Of a stretch of DNA of 24,105 nt, positions 16,883-24,105 are shown piece by piece (the stretch's first letter is position 1; each line of letters starts with the position of its first letter). The translations under genes were made by a program, and so were the position numbers. The DNA comes from Candidatus Caldarchaeales archaeon. Lineage in GTDB: Archaea > Thermoproteota > Nitrososphaeria_A > Caldarchaeales > Wolframiiraptoraceae. The notes under the pieces were generated by a model. The model did not search any database and was not told where the DNA came from. It was given only the letters and a program-made list of their open reading frames with translations. The stretch spans positions 1 to 24,105 of the forward strand of contig JBCNVN010000023.1 of the NCBI GenBank assembly GCA_039630055.1, written 5' to 3'.

Positions 16883-18209
16883 ACCAACAATCTTCTTGAT
16901 CTCCATCTCTGCAATAATATACTTATTATTACTTTATCCTAGACAGACCCTCATAGTTACAGCATATGGATTATCTATCATATACACTTTTTGGGGAGTA
17001 TATCATATTGTTATCCTAATAGCTGGGCTGAAGAAACCGTTCGACCCTGGGAGAAATCCAAAATCGTACCCCAAGATATCTCTAATAATCCCAGCCAGAG
17101 ATGAGCCGATACTGCAGAGGACACTTGAGGTTAGCATGAATAATGTTGAATATCCAGTGGATAAGAAGGAGATATTAGTTGTAACAGAAGATCCAGTTGG
17201 TGAGAGAATATCGACTTGGTACTCTCAAGTCTATCCTGGGAAAATCATCCCGCTTATCAGGAGAGAATATTTTCCAACAAAGCCAAGTGCGTTAAATGAT
17301 TCCTTAGCACTCTGTAAAGGTGAGCTGATAGGTATAGTTGATGTAGAAGATATTCCAGATATAGATACATTTCTAAAAGTTGCTTCTGCATTTGAGAACC
17401 ATGGTCTAGATTCTGTCCAAGCTATACTTAGAATAAGTAATGAATCAGATAACTGGATTACAAAGATATTCTCTATGGAGTATGCAGGATGGTTTAGAGT
17501 TATGCTTAACGGTAGGTCGAGGCTAGGCTTATACACACCTCTAGGTGGCACAGGAAACTATGTAAAAAGATCTTTAATAAATGAGGTTGGAAGATGGGAT
17601 CCATTAAATATTGCTGAAGATGCTGAGATCACTGTAAGATTCTATCTCTCAGGTAGGAGGACAGTGGTTATAGATGCTAGACACTGGGAGGAGGCACCTA
17701 CAACCTTCAATGCTTGGCTGAGGCAGAGGACAAGATGGTTTAGAGGATGGATCCAGAGTCTAGAAAAATATTTTAGAGTTATAATAAGATTTGTCATCAC
17801 AAAGAGGTTGAACTTGATCAAGGCTTTATCTATCCTCTCCATGCTTATTGCACCTATAATAGTTGTACTTAACTGGCTTGCATACTATTTAACAATCTAC
17901 TGGGCTCTAGAATACTTCGATATAATCCCACTTAATCTTATGGAGAATACATTTCCATGGTGGGCAATTTTACCATTAGCCTTCAATGTAATCTACTATT
18001 ATACATGGATTAAGGGAGCCATACTTGAAGGCATAGGCACAGCAAAATCTTTAGCAAAATATCTACCACATATGATTTTCTACATGAATTTCATGATGCC
18101 TCTAGCATCGATTAGAGCGATCTATCAAGAAATATTCAAAGATGTCTTTTGGGAAAAGACAAAACATGTAGGAAAAGGTGTTAAGTGGACGATAGTAGAG
18201 AAAAAATAA
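16869..18209 (+). CDS. Processive membrane GT2 glycosyltransferase (cellulose-synthase-like, DAED-type subgroup)
   Basis: 2 N-terminal and about 3 C-terminal TM helices; IPARDE, KPSALN, DVED, LGGTGN, AED, QRTRW (D,D,D,QxxRW). Overlaps the upstream gene by 14 nt. Confidence 0.9.
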   Translation: MRKLKPTIFLISISAIIYLLLLYPRQTLIVTAYGLSIIYTFWGVYHIVILIAGLKKPFDPGRNPKSYPKISLIIPARDEPILQRTLEVSMNNVEYPVDKKEILVVTEDPVGERISTWYSQVYPGKIIPLIRREYFPTKPSALNDSLALCKGELIGIVDVEDIPDIDTFLKVASAFENHGLDSVQAILRISNESDNWITKIFSMEYAGWFRVMLNGRSRLGLYTPLGGTGNYVKRSLINEVGRWDPLNIAEDAEITVRFYLSGRRTVVIDARHWEEAPTTFNAWLRQRTRWFRGWIQSLEKYFRVIIRFVITKRLNLIKALSILSMLIAPIIVVLNWLAYYLTIYWALEYFDIIPLNLMENTFPWWAILPLAFNVIYYYTWIKGAILEGIGTAKSLAKYLPHMIFYMNFMMPLASIRAIYQEIFKDVFWEKTKHVGKGVKWTIVEKK

Positions 18210-18230
18210 ACAAAATCGTGATTATTCAGA

Positions 18231-18258
18231 AGCGGAGATTTTAATATTAACCCCCGCT
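18231..18258 (-). other. GC-rich RNA hairpin between the convergent GT2 gene and tRNA-Trp
   Basis: On the minus strand AGCGGGGGTT pairs with AATCTCCGCT over 10 bp, including two G-U pairs; those positions mismatch on the plus strand. Confidence 0.45.
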
Positions 18259-18479
18259 CTCCCAATAAATATCTAACATAGAGACTATCAACTTTATAGT
18301 TTATAATCTCTTTTTAGCAATGGTCATTAATACTTCTTCTCGAGGAACATGAAAACATGCCATCTCAAATTCTATAGAATACTCTCCAAGCCAAGGAAAG
18401 ATATATGATACCTATCTCTTCCTAGAAGTATTATAAGAGAAGGTGGGGGCGCCCGGATTTGAACCGGGGATCTCCGGGT

Positions 18480-18504
18480 TACCACTCTGACCATTATGAT
18501 GGAT
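18480..18504 (-). other. 25-nt canonical (37/38) intron of tRNA-Trp with relaxed BHB
   Basis: Removing ATCCATCATAATGGTCAGAGTGGTA gives loop CTCCAGA; bulges AG|A and TA|A; the central helix CTCC/GTGG has one mismatch. Confidence 0.8.
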
Positions 18505-18528
18505 CTGGAGCCCGGCGCCGTAGACCAT

Positions 18529-18588
18529 CAGCCCATTAATGGATTGTTCCCCCCAGCGCGAACCTAGATACATTTAGGCGCCACCAGC
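18529..18588 (-). other. ~60-nt non-canonical D-loop intron of tRNA-Trp (best fit 15/16)
   Basis: Perfect central helix GCCC/GGGC with bulges AG|G and TG|A; splicing yields the normal D-loop AGATGGTCTA. An alternative 59-nt excision between two TGGT copies has a poorer BHB. Confidence 0.65.
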
Positions 18589-18870
18589 CTGGGCCACGCC
18601 CCCATTTCTATATCTTATTCGTAATCTAGAATCTTTGAAGGAATATAAATAGTTTAGTTAATTATGTGGGTCTGGAAGAATAATTAGAACAAACTTTATT
18701 TTATGGATTTACAGTGTATCTTGAGAAATATGGGTGTTTCTTAGATGGATTGGCAAGATTTAAAAGAGTAAAATTTATTAGTAGACATTCTTACCATCTA
18801 AAAGAATTCTTTCGATAAATTGTTCTATTCAATGGATGTTTTTCCGTTCATTTCTCTAGAATAATAAGGA

Positions 18871-18888
18871 TTATATATGACATTTGTC
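18871..18888 (+). promoter_or_regulatory. glnA TATA box with adjacent short palindrome; probably leaderless
   Basis: TTATATAT at 18871-18878, about 26-33 nt before ATG 18904, followed by GACA-TT-TGTC. Confidence 0.55.
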
Positions 18889-18903
18889 CATTAACCTTCA
18901 AGT

Positions 18904-20346
18904 ATGAGGGTGGAGGCCTCTTCACACGACTTTAACGAAATTATAAAGTCATACAATATTAGGTTTATCGACCTACATTTTACAGATATCCTTGGCAGAC
19001 TACATCATGTTACGGTTACCGGTAGTTATCTGGACGACCGAATACTCAGAGATGGAGTACCTAAGCTTGATGGATCATCGATCAAAGGTTTTGCAGAGAT
19101 ATATGATTCTGACATGGTTCTGAGGCCCGATATATCTACTCTAGCTCTCCTTCCATGGAATAATAATAGTGGTCGAATCGCTAGAATGATCTGTGATGTG
19201 TATAAAGGTTATGGTAAAGGTAGGTTAACAATAGATCCAAGATATGTAGCGCAGAGGGCAGAAGCATACCTAAAGGAATCTGGGTTTGATGAATCCTACT
19301 GGGGTCCTGAGGTTGAATTCTTCGTCTTCGATAAAGTATACTGGGATGTCCAGACCATGGGCAGTGGTATGAGCTACTATATAGATTCAAAGGAAGCTCC
19401 ATGGAGCCTAAATAGAATTAGGTCAGGTTATCCGATAAGGTTTAAAGAAGGATACTTTCCAGTTCCACCACAGGATACTCTTATGGAGTATCGGGGGGAG
19501 GTATGTAGAATACTTACAGAGTATTTCGGTATAGAGGTAGATGCTCATCATCATGAAGTTGCAACTGCTGGTCAATGTGAGATAGATTTAAAATATGATA
19601 GACTGGTAAAGATGGCGGACAATGTTCAGACTTACAAATATGTGGCTAAAAATGTTGCGAAACAGATGAATTTGATCGCTACATTTATGCCAAAGCCAAT
19701 CTTTGGAGACAATGGTTCAGGCATGCACGTACACGTAAGCATCTGGAAAGATGGAGTAAATCTCTTCTATGATTCAGAGGATAATTATGCTGAACTCAGC
19801 CAGCTGGCCAGATACTTTATCGGAGGGCTTTTGGAGCATAGTAGAGCCCTTGCCGCTATAGTTGCTCCGACGACGAACTCATACAGAAGACTTATCCCAG
19901 GATACGAGGCCCCTGTCTTCATCGCTTGGAGTAAGTCAAATAGATCTGTAAATGTTAGAGTTCCTGCATACCATAGAGGTGCGAATTCTTCAAATATGAA
20001 GAGGATAGAGTTTAGAACGCCCGATTCATCTGCAAACCCATATCTATGCTTTGCATCAATCCTTGCAGCAGGATTAGATGGCATAAAGAAGAAAATAGAT
20101 CCAGGAGACCCAGTAGATGAGAATATCTATAAGCTAACAGCCGAGCAGAAGAGACAGCTCGGGATTAGAGAGCTGCCTGGAAGCTTGAAGGAGGCGGTAG
20201 AGTCTCTGAGGTCTGATAGAGAGTTTCTAAAACCGGTAATGACCGATGACTTGATCGATACATTGATAGAGATTGAGATGGACTGTTATCAAGAAGTAAA
20301 CTCTAAACCCCATCCATACGAATTCCACCTCTACTTCGATATATAG
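18904..20346 (+). CDS. glnA: Glutamine synthetase type I
   Basis: DGSSIKGF, GPEVEFF, HHHEVATAGQCE, TFMPKPIFGDNGSGMHVH, NSYRRL.PGYEAP, RIEFRTPD. Confidence 0.98.
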   Translation: MRVEASSHDFNEIIKSYNIRFIDLHFTDILGRLHHVTVTGSYLDDRILRDGVPKLDGSSIKGFAEIYDSDMVLRPDISTLALLPWNNNSGRIARMICDVYKGYGKGRLTIDPRYVAQRAEAYLKESGFDESYWGPEVEFFVFDKVYWDVQTMGSGMSYYIDSKEAPWSLNRIRSGYPIRFKEGYFPVPPQDTLMEYRGEVCRILTEYFGIEVDAHHHEVATAGQCEIDLKYDRLVKMADNVQTYKYVAKNVAKQMNLIATFMPKPIFGDNGSGMHVHVSIWKDGVNLFYDSEDNYAELSQLARYFIGGLLEHSRALAAIVAPTTNSYRRLIPGYEAPVFIAWSKSNRSVNVRVPAYHRGANSSNMKRIEFRTPDSSANPYLCFASILAAGLDGIKKKIDPGDPVDENIYKLTAEQKRQLGIRELPGSLKEAVESLRSDREFLKPVMTDDLIDTLIEIEMDCYQEVNSKPHPYEFHLYFDI

Positions 20347-20443
20347 ACTTTAAACTTTTAGGTTACCATAAATATTCTACAGATGAAGGAGTTTCATTTT
20401 AACAATCTTAACTTTTAAATCTAAGGAAAGAGCTCAGTCATTT

Positions 20444-21007
20444 ATGCCATTTACACCATTTCACATAGTCTTCATATGGCCCATACTGAGAAAGCTTAGA
20501 TGTGATAAGATCTTCCTGATAGCTGGTTCGATGATCCCAGACCTTGAGATACCTATAATGTATGTGGCCGGCTTCCAGATTACTAGAGGTATAGCCCATT
20601 CAATTATAGGAGGATTCACTATAGATCCTTTAATAGCCATATTGGTTGGAAGGCTTATCTATATGTCGGGAAATCTAAAGAGGGTTCTCGGTATTAATGA
20701 TTATCCATGTAGCCGCTGGTTCAATATCTGGATGATCTCAAGTTCTGGTGCATTAACCCACGTATCTATAGATTATCTTCACCACTCTTATAATCCAATA
20801 CTCTGGCCCATAATGCTAGAATATTATGAGGGGCCGCTGGCTTACCTAATTGGGTATGGATTCGCAACTTTTACGATCCATGCAATCTCAATCATTCTTC
20901 TGGTCTCGATTCTAGTCTACTCAAGTTATAGGTTGGGGATTAATTTTCGGAAGCTTTTAGCTTCACCTAAGATACTATACAGAGTGTTAGCAGAGCCTGG
21001 ATTCTAG
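20444..21007 (+). CDS. DUF4184-like membrane-bound metal-dependent hydrolase
   Basis: MPFTPFH, GSMIPD, HS, THVSIDYLHH motifs; several TM helices. Confidence 0.8.
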   Translation: MPFTPFHIVFIWPILRKLRCDKIFLIAGSMIPDLEIPIMYVAGFQITRGIAHSIIGGFTIDPLIAILVGRLIYMSGNLKRVLGINDYPCSRWFNIWMISSSGALTHVSIDYLHHSYNPILWPIMLEYYEGPLAYLIGYGFATFTIHAISIILLVSILVYSSYRLGINFRKLLASPKILYRVLAEPGF

Positions 21008-22179
21008 ATCTCCCTCAGAATACTACGGACTAATTCATCAGCATATGTATATCTAGTAGAAAGTTCTTTTAATGTAAGTATCTTTCTCTCGATCTTATCT
21101 AGAGCTACTCTAGCTGCTTGACTGGCCGTCCACGCTTCACCGATCCCCACCAGATCCACCTTATCGGTTCTCAGTCTAGCTCTACAGTGTATTAGATGGT
21201 CTTCTCCATGCTTCTCTCTGTGTTCTTTAAAGTGTAGTAGTAGGTGTCCTGTCCCCAATGCTTCACCAAGTTTTGAGACATACTTCTCTGCAACCTTAAT
21301 TATCTCAGACTTATCTAATCTAGACACTTCTCTTATCTTGAAGCTTACCTGAATATTTATTGGTGGTTCCCCCTTTTCACCTAGAGAGGCTACTACTTCT
21401 AGTATATCAGTCCATGTCAGTATCCCTACTACTCTATTGGAGTGGGTAACCACAAGACATGATATATCCTGTTCAATCATCTTCTTTATAGCAGTGGTTA
21501 GATTCTCCTCGGGAGTAGATTGGACTACATGTTTAGTCATGATGTTGGAGACTTTGTAACCTAGGGTTCTAATCTTTTCTCCAGAAACTTCACCCCGGGT
21601 AGTCCTAGTTTTTAGTGAGAGCACCTTCTCTATTATATCTCTAATTGTAACCAATCCAACCAGTTTTCCATCCTTAACTACTGGAATCCTAGATATACCG
21701 TTATCCCTCATCAAAACAAGCGCTTTACCTATTGTTGAGTCGGGGCTCACAGTAACAAGATCGCTCGTCATAACTTCTCTAACCTTCATCTTAGAATAGA
21801 GCTTCTCGCTAGCGGCTCTACCTACATCATCTACTGTAATTATACCGATTATACTTTTATCTTCTCCAGAGACTGGGAGACCTTTAACGGTGTTTTCAAG
21901 CATTAGGCGGGCGGCCTTCACCACTGTATCATCTCTCTTCAATAGTGGAACTTTTAATACGACACTCTTCGCTTTAATGGTATCTAGGTTTAGTGATGAT
22001 CTGAGAACTATTCTATCGGTTACTACTCCCATATAGGTTTTTGAGTTTGATAGGACGACTATAATTGGATGACCCTTCTCTCTAAAGATTCCTACCGCTT
22101 TACTGAGTGTATCTTCACCATCTATAAACTCTACTTCTCTCCTCATATATTCCTCAACGAGGGGTATCATAAAGACCAC
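21004..22179 (-). CDS. Four-CBS protein fused to a C-terminal HPF/RaiA-like domain (Hib-type archaeal ribosome hibernation factor candidate)
   Basis: Four CBS repeats (aa ~8-262), then about 100 aa with beta-alpha-beta-beta-beta-alpha pattern ending EAWTASQAARVALDKIERKI, like the RaiA/HPF final helix. Confidence 0.8.
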   Translation of the reverse strand: MVFMIPLVEEYMRREVEFIDGEDTLSKAVGIFREKGHPIIVVLSNSKTYMGVVTDRIVLRSSLNLDTIKAKSVVLKVPLLKRDDTVVKAARLMLENTVKGLPVSGEDKSIIGIITVDDVGRAASEKLYSKMKVREVMTSDLVTVSPDSTIGKALVLMRDNGISRIPVVKDGKLVGLVTIRDIIEKVLSLKTRTTRGEVSGEKIRTLGYKVSNIMTKHVVQSTPEENLTTAIKKMIEQDISCLVVTHSNRVVGILTWTDILEVVASLGEKGEPPINIQVSFKIREVSRLDKSEIIKVAEKYVSKLGEALGTGHLLLHFKEHREKHGEDHLIHCRARLRTDKVDLVGIGEAWTASQAARVALDKIERKILTLKELSTRYTYADELVRSILREI

Positions 22180-22302
22180 AACCCCTTATCTCATATCTAA
22201 GATATCGTCGGCAGAATATATCCCTGAATAACACATAATAGTCTCACTGAAAGAATAATCTATATGCTTAAATATACTATTAAATAATTCAAAACTGTAA
22301 GT

Positions 22303-23775
22303 TTGGCTGGCATCCAAATACTTGGAGGGGCCGGAGAGATCGGAGGTAATAAGATATTAATCTATGGAAGAGAAGGCTCTATCTTCCTAGATTTCGGCTT
22401 GAATCTCAAAAGAAAGAGAGAATATGATGTAGGTCATGGATTTGAACGGATTAACAGGTCCCTAAGAAACTATCTACTAGTGGGAATACTTCCAGAGATA
22501 CAGGGAATATACAGGAGAGATTTATCTCTTGATGAAGAGATATTGAGAGGTAAGAGAGAGGTTCATGTAGATTGTTGTATAATCTCCCATGGACATTTAG
22601 ACCACTATGGCTCGGTAGTCTTCTTGAGACCTGAGATAAAATTAGCTATGAGCAGAAGTATGAGAGCATTGATAGAGCACTCTATCGAGGTATCTGGAAG
22701 GACGGGGATAGATAGAGAGGTCTTCATATATAAAGATAGAAGATATGAAGAAATAAAGAAGAAAGGGTTAAGCGTAGATGGAGTAGAGGAAGTTGAACGT
22801 CCCATGGTTCTCTTTGAAGAATATAAGAAGATCAGTGGGATCCCACTAGATGTTACACCTATACCTGTAGACCATTCTATACCCGCTACCTTCGGATTCT
22901 ACATAGAAGTAGACAATAAAACTATTGCATATACTAGCGATATAAGATTACATGGAGTTGTTAGCAGGTATACGAGATTGTTTATAGAGAAGGTAGAGAA
23001 TGTAGATTATTTACTTATTGAGGGGACGAGGATACGTGACTCAACTCTAAAATCTGAGGAAGATGTAAAGAATGAATTACTTTTGGAGGCATCAAAGAAG
23101 AGGGGGAAGCTTATCACGGTATTAATCTCTTCTTTAGACATCGATAGGTTGAAAACCATAATAGAAGCTGCAGAAGAATGTAATAGAATTCCAGTAATCT
23201 CACCTCGACTCTTTCACTTAATTAAAACATTAAAGGATGTCGAGAGCAAGGTTAGCTTACCTAGAATAGACAATCTGAAAATATATTTTGAGAAGAGATC
23301 TATCATTGATGATGGATACTTTCTCGAGTCTAGATACTATAGAGGTTGGCTGAAGCATCTCTATCAACAAATAATGGAAGATGACAAACTAATAAAAGCA
23401 GAAGAGATATGTAAGGATCAAGGTGAATATCTATTCATATTTAGTGGTTTTCAACATATCCCAGAGTTGGTCGACCTTCATCCTATTCCCGGGTCACTAA
23501 TTATCGAATCGACTAGTGAACCACATGATGAAGAACAAGAAATAGAGTGGGAGAAAGTAGAGAAGTGGATCAGCTTATTGAGGCTTGATAGAAGATGGAT
23601 ACATGCTTCTGGACATGCTAATAGAGAAGACTTGATAGAGATAGTTAAACAGATAAAACCTAAGACTGTAATCCCTATACATACCGAGAACCCAGGAGAA
23701 TTTAAGAGACTGCTAGAAAAAGAAAACATTAACGTGAAAATTATGCAGGAAGAGATCAACCTCAACTCAAGATGA
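22303..23775 (+). CDS. Metallo-beta-lactamase/beta-CASP ribonuclease (RNase J/aCPSF2-like)
   Basis: GGAGEIGGN, LDFG, SHGHLDH, VDHS, YTSD, IEGT, HASGH, IPIHTE; TTG start. Confidence 0.88.
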   Translation: MAGIQILGGAGEIGGNKILIYGREGSIFLDFGLNLKRKREYDVGHGFERINRSLRNYLLVGILPEIQGIYRRDLSLDEEILRGKREVHVDCCIISHGHLDHYGSVVFLRPEIKLAMSRSMRALIEHSIEVSGRTGIDREVFIYKDRRYEEIKKKGLSVDGVEEVERPMVLFEEYKKISGIPLDVTPIPVDHSIPATFGFYIEVDNKTIAYTSDIRLHGVVSRYTRLFIEKVENVDYLLIEGTRIRDSTLKSEEDVKNELLLEASKKRGKLITVLISSLDIDRLKTIIEAAEECNRIPVISPRLFHLIKTLKDVESKVSLPRIDNLKIYFEKRSIIDDGYFLESRYYRGWLKHLYQQIMEDDKLIKAEEICKDQGEYLFIFSGFQHIPELVDLHPIPGSLIIESTSEPHDEEQEIEWEKVEKWISLLRLDRRWIHASGHANREDLIEIVKQIKPKTVIPIHTENPGEFKRLLEKENINVKIMQEEINLNSR

Positions 23776-24016
23776 TCTTCGCATCAGGATGATAAAGACC
23801 ATAGTATTAATGATTCGTCTATTAAACTATGAGGAAGATGAAATATAGTTCAAGTATGTGAAATCTCGTAATCTGAGATCAGAGTGTTGGGTGACATATA
23901 TTTGTGGAGCCCTTATACTACATAGGTATAAACAGTCGAACCGCATATTTACATGAAGTAAAAAATTTGTCCATAATCAAGATATATAAAAAAGATGAAT
24001 TAACGCCAACATTGAG

Positions 24017-24105
24017 ATGGATAAGCCTATAGATGGAGTGTCTGAAGCTTATAATGGAACATCTAAAGCTACATCTCGTAATAATGGGCTCAAGATCGTT
24101 GTGAT
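24017..24105 (+). CDS. Possible 5' end of a gene running off the window (MDKPIDGVSEAYNGTSKATSRNNGLKIVV...)
   Basis: TATATAAA near 23983-23990, about 27 nt before ATG 24017; frame open to the window end. Too short to identify. Confidence 0.4.
   Translation, partial: MDKPIDGVSEAYNGTSKATSRNNGLKIVV

Larger units (their letters stand above)
18444..18603 (-). tRNA. tRNA-Trp(CCA) with two introns; CCA end not encoded
   Basis: Reverse complement: acceptor GGGGGCG/CGCCCCC+A, anticodon arm CCGGG-CTCCAG^A-CCCGG, V-loop AGATC, T-arm CCCGG-TTCAAAT-CCGGG. 160 nt, reducing to 75 nt after removing 60 and 25 nt. Confidence 0.93.

Noticed and set aside
18250-18260. AGAGCGGGGGT (minus) identical to 2213-2223 at the tRNA-Leu 5' end; AGAGCGGGG also near 10558
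   Set aside because: Only 9-11 nt, matches the 5' rather than 3' tRNA end, and no integrase is present; not accepted as an att site or split-tRNA half.
18529-18588. C/D-box guide RNA or nested mini-introns inside the tRNA-Trp D-loop intron (e.g. GTTC/GAAC helix)
   Set aside because: No proper box C; the only CTGA spans the splice junction; nested excisions did not give a better final product.
18834-18845. GGATGTTTTTCC upstream of glnA as an NrpR operator
   Set aside because: Spacing and sequence do not fit GGAA-N6-TTCC.
1016-23765. Short overlapping ORFs in the track (e.g. 1016-1249, 1685-1948, 2024-2239, 2727-2909, 4578-4772, 6055-6270, 9740-10057, 10342-10575, 12077-12379, 15108-15482, 17231-17551, 19785-20084, 23478-23765)
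   Set aside because: Antisense or alternate-frame shadows of well-supported genes or tRNA, with no recognisable motifs.
1-24105. CRISPR array, IS element, integrase, rRNA
   Set aside because: No regularly spaced direct repeats, transposase or recombinase motifs, or long GC-rich rRNA-like segment were seen.

Overview
AT-rich archaeal chromosomal window with no CRISPR array, integrase or transposase visible. GatDE, BHB-type tRNA introns, TATA-box promoters and a TackOD1-type Zn-ribbon protein point to a TACK-lineage archaeon; this is inference and the finer taxon cannot be fixed from this window. Core genes are pyk, gatD/gatE, glnA, a TrxR-fold ferredoxin-NADP+ reductase, two PLP aminotransferases, a DEDD exonuclease, a beta-CASP nuclease and a 4xCBS-HPF/RaiA ribosome-hibernation-type protein. 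Two intron-containing tRNAs are present: tRNA-Leu(GAG) with a non-canonical 15-nt intron at 43/44, and tRNA-Trp(CCA) with a ~60-nt D-loop intron plus a 25-nt anticodon intron that resemble each other. Accessory-looking blocks lie downstream of each tRNA 3' end: transglutaminase-like protein, DUF6512 and a PerR/DPSL divergon after tRNA-Leu; a TackOD1-domain plus processive GT2 operon after tRNA-Trp. The best candidates for undescribed systems are (i) the TackOD1-GT2 operon with its upstream structured element and Fur/Per-like boxes, and (ii) a coupled pair of paralog-like winged-helix proteins between pyk and gatE. All family calls come from motif recognition by eye, not database searches.
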